DNA of 64,000 bases from Phoronis australis (lineage: Eukaryota; Animalia; Phoronida), in NCBI GenBank assembly GCA_002633005.1, contig NMRA01000458.1, forward strand, positions 62,001 through 126,000. The letters run 5' to 3'. This document shows positions 39,290-61,494 of the stretch, piece by piece (position 1 is the stretch's first letter; every line of letters begins with the position of its first letter). Position numbers and translations under genes: made by a program. The notes below the pieces were generated by a model that saw only the letters and a program-made list of their open reading frames with translations, made no database searches and had not been told where the DNA came from.

Positions 39290-40330
39290 ACATACATATA
39301 GATTATTACATGGCGAAGTCGTTATCCCCCGTTATCTAGAGCCCGAGTGGATTTTGGAGAATTATCGCCCGAGGGGCGTTAGCCCCGAGGGTGATAATTC
39401 TCCAAAATCCACGAGGGCTCTAGATAAGGGGGATAACGGCTGAGAACATGTAATAATCTATTTATACCACATACTAAACGAGAAACATTGCAATGAATCG
39501 ATTTACCTTTTCTGACTCTCCACGGCTTTGTAACTACTTTCTATGTCAGAGGCCCGGGGTCGGAGGTCGTGACCTTTTAAGAAAAGCCCNCATCTAGTCA
39601 GTACTCCTTTGTGGTAGCAACCTCAACACTCAGTATTGCGTGGACCACATTGGCAGTTCTCATCTCCACCAACTATGAGCAACTGTGCATGAAGTAGGAG
39701 ATGTCATAGTGATGGCGACCACTACGACTAATATATGGCAAGAACCATGCCTAGCAGCAAACAGCCGTAGCAGTGTTCTTTTCCGGATCAAGGACCCCTT
39801 TCACGAGACATTATATTGGGTTACTGTCCCTATAAGATGACTTCCACTCCATAGCCATTGAATAAATTGATGATTTTCTCAAAATGAATTTGTAAACTCC
39901 AATGAGTACTATTTGCTGTCTTCTCCAGTAAAAAAAAATCTCAAAATATATCCCAGAAAATAAAAACTTAACATGTTGTTATTGCCGTTGAATAGACCAT
40001 TTTCCACCAAAAATACCAGCCAACGGAGAGAAAAAGTGAAAAAAGAAGTCGCGTTAATTAGAAGTAAAGCTGACAGTTAATTCGAAGCCGGCTACTGAGC
40101 GACAAATCATGAACTGAAAGGCACTATGTCAAAACAAATCCGCAATATTCTTGCATTCTTGACCAAGTGCCAACTTAGCCATATAGCAATCTAATAATAG
40201 AAATGTACATTGATGACACCAAACTGGATAGGTTTACATTAAATCAACCTTGAGAGCATGAATAATTACAGCAGATTTCGTCATTTGTTAAGCCACATGA
40301 TTGATCGATTTCTGTATCGCGCATCGTAGA
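39290..40330 (-). mobile_element. Crypton (tyrosine recombinase) remnant with terminal hairpin
   Basis: Minus strand gives SGKRTLLRLFAA..SRSGRHH, like the YR HSxK/RxT..RLF..GH box. Hairpin of about 160 bp at 39298-39460. Confidence 0.55.
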
Positions 40331-40373
40331 TCGAATTATGTCTCAAATTCCATTTGTCCTCGGAAAAGGCGTC

Positions 40374-43300
40374 TCAATGTCGCGTTGCTTCACATATGAA
40401 AGGATACTTGTTGGTGCATGGGGCGTCATTCCAAGCTCCATTCTTAAAGACCACTAGACAATTTTCGGCTCTGCCGCTGTTTGGTTCACCTGAAACAGCT
40501 CAAATTGTTTTGATTTCTTGTTCTACAAAAACATCCCCGGCTTTTTTAAGAAAAAAATACATAAAACATTTGCCATGTTGGTTCATCGAAAATGGGATAA
40601 GTAGGAAATTACTGATTCAACATTAGATTTAGGCTGACCATAGAACTTTAGACCTGGCGTGCGTTCAGTAACGCTAGGACATATGCTGAGACCTAGCTAA
40701 AATCTAGCCAAAGACCCGTGTTCTCATTTAAGATGCACGGCAAAATCTCACTTAATCTCACGAAGTCTTGCATTTTAGCAAGGTCCTAAGGTTACTGAAC
40801 GGGAGACTGGAATGCCGAGTTCGAGCTCGCGCTGCTGAGATTGCACTGCGTATGCGTGAAGTTTGTTTGCACTGGTTTATTCCGGTGTTGGTATTTGCCA
40901 TGGAATTCTCTGTCACTTAAACTTTTCGGAACTCCGCCATTTTTCAACGGAATTGCATAACACAGTCACGTCATTAGAAAGCTCTTAATCAGCTCTTGAT
41001 GATTATACCAGAAGTAAAAGACAAGTAATTTAATGCATAAATTATTATCATTTCGCATAGCTTACAGGTTTAGAAAACACTTTTTAATTCTAAAATCCAA
41101 GAGCGTTACCAAAATGCGGAACATAACAAGGAAATGAACCAATGACTTGGTGAACCAGCAAGGAAATAATTTCAATGATTCAAAAGATTTATACCCTATA
41201 AATACAGAGAATTTAGAATATGGATCCCTCGCTGTTGCTGTATAGAATTTTGTCCTGCATTCATCCTAAGTTATACATCTTTTTGTACCACATGCCTTGA
41301 TACGGCCATGCACGGTTACCTAACCATAAAAATAACCATTGTCACGTGACCAAAACAGAACTACTTTCTACGGCTGGAATTCCAACGATTCAACCAGATC
41401 AACCATTGTTTAAACTAAATAATTTACTTGAATTTACATTTACTATACATTTCAAAAACTAAGCAAAGGTAATACACTGGAGAGCATTTGGTAATTAAAA
41501 TCACAAATTCTCGTTACAATAAACGAACATTTTTTGCCATTCGGCCTTCGTTGTCACTCCTCCTCAAACTCGCCCGTTCAAGATAGGTTGTAAAGAAAGC
41601 CGGTAAAACTGATCATTGTAAACTGCAGTGGTAACTACAGTAGCGTTCTGTTGCCATTATTTCGTGGTGTAAAAAATAACAATAGTAATATTTAATTAAA
41701 CTCAATATCAAAAACTTTTTCTCACATGACCCTGGAATGGTTCATAACACCGAGTACGTAATTTTTCTTCTGATATTACATGGGCGAATCACAAAGTAGT
41801 GCAAAGTAGAAATCCATATACGTTTTACATTATCGTCTGCAATATACTAGAACAACCAAACGGGCGCCAACCAAACAATGCCGGCATTCTGACAAGGTTA
41901 TGATTGACAAATCGGGTGTCGCAACAGTACGTATTCCCAGTCGGAAGCACATGCAAACAATTTCTGTAAAGACAACAAGTGTCACAGTTGCTGCAAAACA
42001 GGCCATTACGGTCTATTGCCTGTCAGTCCAAGGTTCCTGTTGAGATAGAAACACAAGTCAAAGCTTTAGCAGATGACATGGCTATCTTTCGTGGAGAAGT
42101 CGACGGGAAAGGTGACTTCTGGTCAGTGGATGCTACAGTCAACGGACATGGCGCAAAATTCGAGCTTGACAGTGGCTCACGAATAACAGTAGTAGGCAAC
42201 AAAACATCCTAGCTCGATAAGGAACTGCTCCACAAGTGTCCTGACGGCGGTCCCTTTAGAGGTGCTGGTGGTGTTGAGCTGTGTCACTGGATACTAGGAA
42301 TAGTAAAAGATGCGATTATCAACGTCAACAGCAGGATTCATTCGGAAACTGTGTACGTCATGAAAGGTCAGTCAAAAAACCTTCTGTCTATTGCTGCCGT
42401 CAACTTCTTCAGAAAACTTCAGACAAGAATACCCAGGACTGTTTACTGGGTTGGGACTCCCGATAGACCAATACCGTATCGCTGTGCTGGACGATGCTGA
42501 ACAAGTCTGCTTACGCACAGCACGTCGAGGTGCACATCCCTTACTTACCAAAGTGAAGGCACAGCTAGACAAGATGCAGAAATTATGAGTCATTTCTGCA
42601 GTAAAAGAGCCGACAGAATGGTGCTCAGGTATGGTTGTAGTACCAAAACCAAACGGTGATGTGAGAATATGTGTCGATCTCACTCCCCTCAAGCTGTCAA
42701 ACGTGAGGTCCATCCGATGGCTAAGGTTGATGAGAACTTGGCAAAAATTCAAGAAAGCAAGATATTTTCTATGCTTGACGCCAACTCTGTGTTCTGGCAC
42801 TGAATACCTTTGTGTGCCAAGTCGCGACTGCTGACTACATTTGTCACGCCATATGGTCGATTCTGTTTTACTCGTCTGCCCTTCGGGATAAGTTCGGCTC
42901 CAAAAGTTTTCCAGCGGAAGATGTTCCACATCCTCGACGGCTTAGATGGAGTCATGTGCCATATGGACTACATCTTGATTCACGGCCCTAACCTAGAGGT
43001 CCACGATGCTAGAGTTCGCAAAGTCTTAGCTTGTCTGCAGAAGGCAGCCTGACCTTGAACGACAAGTGCGAGTTTTCACGAGCAAAGAACAAATTCCTAG
43101 GACATATTATCAGCTCTGATGGCATAACCGCTGATCCTGAGAAGACACTAGCAATTCGAGATTTTCTAGTGCCCACAAACGTGACTGAGATAGAAAGATT
43201 CAATGGCACGGTAAACCAGCTTGCAAAATTCCTGCCAAATTTGGCAAATATCAACGAACACCTGAGAAAACTCTTGAGGAAGAACCAAGCCTTCGTTTGA

Positions 43301-45218
43301 GATGAACCTCAGAGGAAGTCCTTCCAAGACGTTAACGATGCACTCGTCTCCACAGTGACACCGGCGCACTATGACCCTAATCGTGAAATAAAATAGATGT
43401 TGCAATGCCGTCAGTTACAGTCTGTAACACACCCATGAGAAAGAGCGCATCGCTCGATACGTGGGCATATTTTAATATATTTTAGTACCGACTCTCGTCA
43501 TTTTAGTTTACCTAATCGTGAAACGATAGTAGCAGATGATGTGAGTCAGAATGACATCGGTGCTGTATTGCTCCAACTTGATTCTGACGGTAACAGAAGA
43601 CCAGTCTGCTTTGCACCCAGGTGACTCAACGACACCGAGAAACGGTATGCAGTGATAGAGAAGGAGGAGCTAGCTGCAATATGGGCCTGTGAAAAATTCT
43701 CACCTTTGATCCTCAGGCTAAACTTCACACTGGAGACCGATCACAAACCTCTATTACCTCTGTTGGCATCTACAGACTTGTCAAAGATGCCTTCGCGGGT
43801 ATAACGTTTCCGTCTCCGTTTGATGAAATATAACCCAAAGATCCACCACGTCCCGGGAAAGAACCACCTGGTTGCAGATGCCTTGTCCCGAACACCTGTG
43901 GGGAATCCAACTCGGGAAGATGAAGTCTTTCTTAACGAAGTTGAGGATCAGACACACTTGGCAATGTGCAATCTCCCGGAAACACAGGCCAGACTACTTC
44001 AGATCAAGAAGGCTCAGGCCCAAGACCCCGTTTGCAGTGAAGGGATCAACTTCTGTCGACATGGGTGGCCTTCCACCCTTCCCGATCAACCTATGCTTAA
44101 ACCATACTTTGAGAATAGTGAGCACTTGACCTATACAGAGAGTTTGCTTATGTGCGATGAACGTATCGTTGAGTCGATGCAGCTGGAACTGCTCAGCCAA
44201 CTCGACCAAGGTCATTTAGGTATAACAAAGTGCCAAGAAAGAGCCCAAGAATCGGTCTGGTGGCCACTCATCAGGAAAAAGATTGGAAAAATGTGCAAAT
44301 GGTGGCATTCCAGGGCTAGAATTCTCATAGGCGGATCCAGGATTTTATGTTGGGGGGCAGGCAGATTATTAGCCAGGATTTTGCCCTTCAGCCATTCTCA
44401 CCTCCGAACTGCCAAATGGAATCTGGGGAAATTTTTGGGGGGACATTGCACACTTGGCATCCCTCTAAATCCGCCACTGATTCTGTAGGCTGATGTAACT
44501 TTTTGTGCCTTTTCTGTGATAATCTGATTTTCAGTAGTTTAGTTGGAGATTTTAAGTTACAAATGCATTTTTCGTTGCATTCAAATTCTAACTTACCTTG
44601 ATCCCAAACAAAAAATCCGATCCTAGGTCCAGAATAATCCCAACGCCATGCCCCTTCGGAAAGCATGTCATTTCCTGCAGTCCAGTAATCATCGACGTCC
44701 TTCATCCAGTTGTTTAAGACGGACCATTCTGCTTTAGTTTCAAAAGCAATAGGTGAAGCACCAGTTCGTTTACAAATCGTCTTGGCCATTGAGTGCGACA
44801 CAGCGTTCTTTATGAATCTGTAACAACCAGTGCCAGTGTCGAAGAAACCTTGTGGACAATGCTCAACTCTACTCAACCAATTATTCACATCAGAAAAATT
44901 ACTCCTCAACAGGTTCATCTCCTTTTCAAACTTCGTGATGACGGTTCTCACACCACTGTTAACAGAAACGTGCAATAACTTGTTTGCAGTGTCTTGATTT
45001 AGATGATGCGCTCTCACATCGGCTTGCAGCGCGTTGATCTTAGATAGCTGTTGATCAATTTTCGTCAATAACTGTCGGAAATCACCTTCCAGTTTACTGA
45101 GGCGTTGTTCTTGCTTCTCAAACATTTTAATTAAAGGGTCGTACTGCACTCCCTGCACGTGATTGGCAAATGCGGAGAGGAAACTCAAAAACAACAAAAG
45201 CCAGCGCATTTTGAACAT
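40374..45218 (-). CDS. Secreted coiled-coil + C-type lectin (EPN/WND), paralog 1; exons 44597-45218 and 40374-40489
   Basis: Signal peptide MRWLLLFLSFLSAFA, heptad neck, CTLD CPQGF..GCY..C..YWTAGND..EGAWRW. Phase-1 donor CAAG|GTAAGT joins TTTCAG|GT to give GEPNSGRAENCLVVFKNGAWNDAPCTNKYPFICEATRH*. Exon 2 is absent from the ORF track. Confidence 0.92.
40654..40810. mobile_element. MITE, same family as the inner MITE at 22913
   Basis: cgttcagtaacgctaggac ... gtcctaaggttactgaacg. Confidence 0.6.
41870..44300 (+). mobile_element. Decayed Ty3/Gypsy gag-pol fragment inside the lectin-1 intron, antisense
   Basis: Zn knuckle CHSCCKTGH, protease FELDSGS, RT VVVPKPNGDVRICVDL / RLPFGISSAP / CHMDYILIHG, RNase H YAVIEKEELA / TDHKPL / ADALSR, integrase N-terminus GHLGITKCQERAQESVWWP. 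Many stops; no LTRs seen. Confidence 0.93.
44326..44480. mobile_element. MITE truncating the Gypsy integrase
   Basis: cataggcggatccagga...ctaaatccgccactg inverted ends with G/C runs. Confidence 0.65.
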
Positions 45219-48200
45219 TGGTTATACAAGAAAGGTTTCAGCGGTTTGCTTGTTAAAGACAACAGGCTTTGCTATGAATGGAGCACATATGTTTTCTCCC
45301 ATCATTTTACTGATAATTTGTCACTATTCTGACGTTATTTTCCGCTACACAACGTACTTATGTAAACAGAAGTATGATACTGGGTTTCTAAAAACTTAGC
45401 AAAGTCTAGTGGAAGTTGTCAAATTTTGTCAAAGTTTTGGTCAAAACTGAGAAAAGGTCAAACTTAGCAGCGTGCAACAAGGAATTGGGTGAAATTCCTT
45501 TCGCTCCAAAATTTCGCCTGTTTTTGATGTCTCGAAAATCTTCAAACGTCAGATATACTATCTTTATTAAGTTGGTTCGCTATTGCATTTAGTAGGTGAA
45601 AAATTCAGCGGTAAGAAGTTTTATGAGCTGGCTTTCGCACAGGCGCATGCCTTTCTGTGGATGTAGGCACATGCATTGTCCTCGAGCACATAATCTTGCC
45701 GGCGCGAATAGAAAAACAAACTGAATATTTAAAATTTAATCGATGCACAAGTAGTACGTCTTGGTCTATGTGAGCCAATGTCATCTGTAAGATTCTTCAC
45801 ATTCTACAAGCCAAATAACTAAGGATATAAAACAAATAGATTCTGACTACATCGGTATTCGTGATGATACTGGAACTAAGTTTCGACTAAGTGAATCAGC
45901 TGCAACGCCGAGCTTGTTTGTACATCACCACTCCCAAATTTCCAGCTACGCTTGTTGCAGTCCTAGAAATGCTACTCGGTCTGTCACCACTGTACATAAA
46001 ACTTGAGGTTGTTTCGTCTCAGATTTAGCGATCAGTGAGTAAAAACTCATGTCCCCAACACTGTTGCACATAGAAGTAACAGGAATGTGTGTATATGCTA
46101 ATTGCTGAAACTAGACAATTTCTGAACCAGTGATGCTTTAAAACAAACAAACAACTTCTAAATAAATCCTACAGCATATAGCGTATCGCAAGAAATGGAA
46201 AAGACTGTCCATTTTCTTAAGGACAGACATGGCAGTCCAAAATCCTGCTATCGAAGCTACATCTAGTGTTGAAAACTTGTTTTACGAAGAACCTAGCTGT
46301 TCATCCATGACAGGGATCTTAATTGTGAGCTTAGCTCTGGCGCTTCGTGCAATGGGTCCAGCCAGGTGGCGTGCCGACATGTAACTGCCTGCACTCTTTT
46401 TAAGTATGGTTCCTATAATTAATTTCAGTATTTTTCAAAATCTCATCATTTTGTTTCTGCTTTGTTTAAGGTAAGTAATTCGAATGGAAAATGATTTTCA
46501 AAACCCGTGGAGACAATATTATAACACGATTCTGTATTTTCCATTCAAAGGTAGGCTATTCTTACGTTGTATCTCGAAATCTAAAGCCAATGCAGCGCCA
46601 CCATTTGGGGAGGAATCCTTTGCTTTTCCTTCTTGAATACGACGAGTTATCGTGCGGGTCCCAATTTCACAAACGCACCATGTACCAAAGCCTCGTGGGA
46701 CGTTGTTTATAGGTTCAGAGCCCATGCTTGCTGTCCATGGGCCGTGGTTGTTAGCAGATGGGAGTGTGGGTGCGTAAGCCGTGTTTGTGGGTGAGTTTGT
46801 GAGTAAGTGAGCTGAGTTTACAACACGCACGTGTAGGTGCAACTGAAAAATTGAGATACCCAGTTCGAGAAAAGGACACTTTTCTAGGTTCAGTTTCAAT
46901 GAAAAAGTCACCATTTTGTACTTTTTCCCGAAACACAACCCTTTCTAAGGTTAGGTTTCCAAAACCTGACACCTCTGTGTAAAGATTTTTAGACAGTTGC
47001 GCCATATTTTCAAAAAAAAAATAAGTTCATCTATTGCAACCGAAGTTATACAAGTTATGGATATTTCAAGATATGGTTATGTGGCACCTTATTGATAAGT
47101 ATGCGTATTTAGCCAAATAGCAACAACGCATAAATTTCAATATAATATGTTTTCGATAAGCAGAAATACTGCTGAATTCGATTGTTGACTTTTTACTTGT
47201 ATCCATACGCGTTGAATCAGTTGAGTGATATTGTTTTCGTATTCACCTCCTGCACTACTTCAACAGTGACCTCTATCATGGAAAGTTTAAAAGGTAGGTC
47301 AATGCCAACTCGACGTCGTTAGCCGGTTCATTCATCAAACTTTCCGAAAATAGTTTAAAGTAATACAATTGCAGCAGTATAAATAACATTCAACATGCAA
47401 TCAGGTTCCAAACGTAACATCTTGATCAATACAGTTCTGTCTCAGTTTTCAATTGCTAAATATTTTATTGTCTGCAACTCAGGCGCCGATTCCTCGGTAA
47501 CTACAATGTCAAATTTTGTTATTTAACTATTTCCAGGAAATGTTACAAGTTCAATGCACAGTTACGGTTGTTTTCATCTTTGTTATCTCTTTTCAAGTGA
47601 TAATTCGTTACATTTAAAACTGTTTCTTTTACTAGAGAAAACTTGAAACCTAACGCGCACGTACATACATATAGGATGTAATCCGCCACGTGAACAGTCT
47701 GGGTGAAGTATTTAAAAAATCTGCCGAAAAATGAAAGAAACCTGGGGAATCGATACGCGGAATAATGTCTCGTGGGATATTACTTCAATTACGCCACTCT
47801 CAGTACGTTTTATGTATATCTACCATTAGGTAAGTCACGTGACCATGTTTTAGCAAGATTTAGGGAAAAGAAACGTTAAACAATGCAGATAATAAAATGA
47901 TCAAATTTTAGTTGATGTAAATGTTCAAGATGAGATCTCAAAAACGTTTTATACAGCTTTCCAAAATATAAAGTCCTTTTCTTATTATGCAAACTCAAAA
48001 TTTTTCATGAAAATTATAAAAACATCTATATTTTGATAGCCCCAATGCAATAGTAAAACATCTTATAAGATGTTTACAAATACAACTTCTAACAGCGTTT
48101 TGAAGAATAGTGAATAAAATAGAATACTAAAATGAGCACGAGCAATAATCGCATGTTCAACGAACGCCATGTAACCGACATTTATACGCTATGAAAAATA

Positions 48201-48469
48201 CGACGCACAATTTCAATAAAAACGACATTTTAATTCAGTAAAATTTATCTCTCATTTTCTCTCACTTGTAAGTCATCGATCTCCAGTTTGAATGCGGGTA
48301 AAGTGGACATTACACTTAGTAACCAGTGGTAACCTACTTTAGCACACGATTGTTGTAAACAGTCGAAGCTTAGCATGATAAAATGTGTAGTAAGCTAGAC
48401 TAGTTGCTTAAAACTTACTTTATAGATTCACTTTATTTCTATTTTGTTAAAATTTTCAATTGGTTTCTA

Positions 48470-48700
48470 AAAAGGTCACGACCTCCAACCCTGGGCCTGT
48501 GACGTAGAAAGTAGTTACAAAGCCGAGGCGAGTCCAAAAAAGTAGATCGATTCATTGCAATGGTTTTCGTCCAGTATCTGGTAAAAATAGATTAATACAT
48601 GTTCTCTGTCGTTTTCCCCCTTATTTAGAGCCCTCGTGGATTTTGTAGAATTGTCGCCCGATTACGGGGGATAACGACTTCGCCATCTATATGTATCTGA
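48470..48700 (+). repeat. Inverted partial copy of the Crypton-like end at 39290-39590, with one hairpin arm deleted
   Basis: agatcgattcattgcaatg, agagccctcgtggattttg and gggggataacgacttcgccat match the reverse complement of 39290-39590. Confidence 0.75.
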
Positions 48701-48980
48701 AACTTTTGTACTGAATCTGATCATCAATTTCTGTGATAAAATGTTTCGAAGTTAGTCAAATTTAGAATTTTTTTCTATGGTCCTACATACAGGAGGCACT
48801 ACGTTCATAAATGCGTGAGCAGAGATGTTCTGGTAGCCTCAACATAAAATGAACTTTGTAGAACAGTGACCTGCAACGTACAAACATAAAACTACATGCC
48901 GGCTACACAATCGATCTTCACCACGTTCATCCGAAACAACATTCATCATTTTCCATACGACGTCATAATGTACATATAAG

Positions 48981-51259
48981 TTACGACCGAGCAACTTCAC
49001 AGACGAAAGGAAGCCGTCTTGAACATGACCCATCATTCCAGTAACCTGTTTCCAGTACCTCGAGACAGTCCTCGTTCCCGCTATTGTTCGGCTCCCCTGT
49101 AACAACAAAAAGCAGCCACGTTAAACATCCATTGGGAGAAAGGTTTTTGTTAAGCACAAGACAAATGTAATCAAACAAAATATCATTTCTCGTTACTATG
49201 GTTAATTCTTATAACAGCAAAAATTGCTGGTTATAACTATTACGGGGTCAAAATTCTGATTGCTGAGTGGCTTAAATTAGTCACCTCATTAATTTTCTTT
49301 TTAATTCTTAGTCACGAGGGAAGACTACTCTGACGATGAATTCGAATTCTGTCAAGCCGTCATGACACGGCATTCCGGGTCATTTTGTTTGAAGACTTGG
49401 CTTGTATGTGAAAGACAACGCAAAATCGCGCATATATGCTTATGGGAAAAAGACGAAATTAAATGCAATTTCGGAAAATATCTGCACCACACCATTTCGG
49501 GTGCCCGTTCCGTAGACGCAATACATTCGCGAAAGCGAAGATCACGCAAGTCCTCGCGAGACTACCACCGTGCATTACAATCGGAGAATATGATCACATT
49601 AGAGTTACTATCGAGATTCTTGCGTTTACAGAACTGTGTCCCGACAATAAAAAGGTGAGGCACAAGCTCAGCTTCCATGGATGAAAGGAAACCAAACGTT
49701 GGGGGAAGTAGAAATCACTTGTTATGACAACATAGGGGTAAAAGTATGTATTGGCAATTTCGTCGATATCCTTCCAAAAATATAGGTTTATTAAACAACT
49801 CTTTGGTATTCTCTTCCGTCCACTTACATGGGAAACGCACGTGAATCGAATTGGTTTGTTAACTCTTAGACTACCTAATTCATATTCAAAGTGATGCACG
49901 AAGCCAGGGATTCGTGTATACACTAATCCACGGTTTCGCCGTCCATCCTCTTGAATGTAGCAATGAAACTGAAATTGTCATCGTGAATTCAATCAAATAT
50001 CTCATGCACTTTGGACTCCGACTCAGCATACACCGACCATCAGAGGATGAAGCAGGCCACGCCGCTTAGTTCACATGTTCAGGTGGAGCGCCATTTTCAA
50101 ACTCTCATGCGCGCCTGCGCAAGTAGTTAAAGTTATAAACCGACGTCCATCGCAAAAAACAATACAGGATTGAGATCAACTGTCTATGGTATTGGTCTCA
50201 AATTGTTCGTTAGACAATTGGAAATGACTTCAAGGCTTCACTGAAAACAATTGAGAGTTCGTTATTTCAAGCTCGGCATAAAACGTCAGGTCACACCGTG
50301 ACTTGAAAATTTTATGAGCTTGGCAATTTCAAGGAGCTCTGAATGCATTTCTACTCTCGCATTATTTCACAAGTTCCACTTAGGAAATTTCGATTTTTTC
50401 GAAACTTGTCCCAGCAAGTTTGAGCAGACAGGGGCTCGTTTGAATCTTATTCAAGCAACTTAACCCATAAAATCCCTGGTAGGAAATTCGACAGCGAATG
50501 ATTCCTATTTGAAGTAACGCGTTTTCAATGGCCCCTTGCAAACTTTCATAATTTAATAGTGGAGCAACAGGAAAAGGCGCACGATTCATTTCTGCACATT
50601 GCAGTTGCACTATTTCAAAACATAACTCACATATAAGTATAAACCTGCCCACCTGTCATCCAGTTAGAGAATCCAATTTTAAGGCCAGTGGTGCCCCAAG
50701 TCCAGTACCATACCCTTTCCGTAAGTGCGTCATTTCCGGCTGTCCAGTACTTCAGTCCCTTCATCCACTTCTTGAGAGCAAGCCATTCCGTTTTCGTTTC
50801 AAAAGCAACCAAAGATGATCCAATGCTCGAGCAATAGGCGGCAGCAGCAGAGCGTGACATGGTCAAAGCATTGTATCTATAACAGCCGATGCCTGTATCA
50901 AAAAATCCTTGAGGGCAATGTTCAACTCTAGCCAGACGCGTTTCAATCTCTGACAACTTCCTTTTCAATGCCCTAACTTCGCTGTCTACCCGACCAGATA
51001 CTGCGGATTTAAAACTATCGAGCTTAGAGCTTAGAATATTTTTCAACATGTTGTTTTCGACGTACTGGGTTTGACTATGCGCTTTCATTTCAACTCCTAA
51101 AGACTCAATCTTCGCAACAAGTTGTTGAATACTGCTCTCGAGTGACGACAATCGATTCTTTTGTTCCTTGAACATTCCAATCAATGGATCCTCTGGTGTT
51201 TCACCGAATACGGTACCAAGTAGTAAAATGAAGATAGCAAGAGCCCGACACTCAGTCAT
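48981..51259 (-). CDS. Secreted coiled-coil + C-type lectin (EPN/WND), paralog 2, 240 aa; exons 50653-51259 and 48981-49096
   Basis: Signal peptide, coiled coil, RVEHCPQGFFDTGIGCY. Phase-1 donor ACAG|GTGGGC joins TTACAG|GG to give GEPNNSGNEDCLEVLETGYWNDGSCSRRLPFVCEVARS*. Confidence 0.93.
49225..50030 (+). mobile_element. Crypton-like remnant in the lectin-2 intron
   Basis: Terminal motifs (ttctgattgctgagtggc; catgcactttggactccgactc) and a decayed KTWLV..RKRRSRK..HRALQ translation resembling a Crypton N-terminus. Confidence 0.4.
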
Positions 51260-51840
51260 TTTCAGGTACTATACACGAACCTGTTTTACCCGTTTGCCTT
51301 GAGCAAGGGAGCTCGCCTGGAAAAGGTGGTTTAATACATATGCTTTTTCTCACGTCCTTGAAGCTAATTTTATAACAGCTTTATCGATGTAGCATGCAGC
51401 TTAGCGATAGGGTAGCAACATGCGTTCGTAAGAACCGCGTGTAAGTGCATTTTAGTCAGTGAGTCATCGCAGGGTCATCCACAAGCCGCTAATAAATATC
51501 TTACCATTTACAAACACTTTTCCCCAAGCTTTTCACTTCTCCAGGTAAAATATAAAAACAAGCGCTGTGCACTCAAAAGCTGTTGAAGTTGTAACTCGAG
51601 CGATATTGTTTTGACGCATTTAGATTTCAGCGCCACCAAAGAAATTATGTTCGTTATAGACCATGAAATGTTTTGTCATCAGGAAATTAAAATGTTAACC
51701 AGAAGTCTCATCATGAAGCAATGTCAATTTTGAACTATTTATTTCACTTTCAATCACAATTTAAAGTTTGTAAACAAGGTATGTCAGTCTCTAAGCAAAT
51801 AATTAACACCACCATAATATAAAGTATCCTACACTTATTT

Positions 51841-60739
<8,899 letters not shown>

Positions 60740-61494
60740 TATCGCTGTCTGTTTTAGTTATTTATTTCGACGCTAGGGCTTTATTATTTTTAAAACAAAA
60801 ACTAGCAATCATATTTTGAGTAAATCACGGAAAAAATTGCACCAGATTTTTACATTTAAATCTTATCTAAATAGTCATTCATACAGCTGAAAAATTCGTT
60901 TTCACAATGCGATATTTTCGTGGCGCCAGAATATTTCTATTTCCGGATAGTGGCTGAAGTAGGAGATCGAAACTATGAAAGTGTCAATTTCTTTAAAACC
61001 CTGCTTGTAGTTATGCCTGTGTTGATAGTATGACACACGACATTGCCTTGTCAATCAAATGAATGAGGTAACGGCTTAATTGAAATTGGGTTTCGTAGAT
61101 GAGTATTTGAGATTAGGTGTGTAGCACCTGTTTATGATTTATCTGTCGACAAGTCAATAGTCAGTTACAACTAACTAGCCAGTCAGCTAGCTGTTACTTA
61201 GAATATTATCGTCAAAATACAGCCAGGTACCTCTGTGTGTTGAGCTCTGACAGACCTCGAAGTTGCGCACAGCCCGAGTAGTTCTGCTCGTCACCTCGCC
61301 GTGAAACTTGTATCAACATGTAGAGTTAAAGATTGGCGGCGGGTGCATGCAAAATCTAGGAGTCAACCGACACTCACCTTGCCCGTTACAGCGGTTTAAT
61401 TGAAAAACAATCTAACAAAAGTCATTTTCTTGTGTAATTTCCCGCCTTTTGTAACAAAGGAATGCATTTTGAAAACAGTACATTCTTGACATGT

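Noticed and set aside
44388-45218. Lectin-1 as a single-exon 276-aa or truncated gene
   Set aside because: The true second exon (EPN/WND) was found at 40374-40489; the ORF tail is intron and MITE read-through.
50641-50646. Alternative donor CAG|GTTTAT for lectin-2
   Set aside because: Phase 0, incompatible with the phase-1 EPN exon; the donor at 50653 fits and matches paralog 1.
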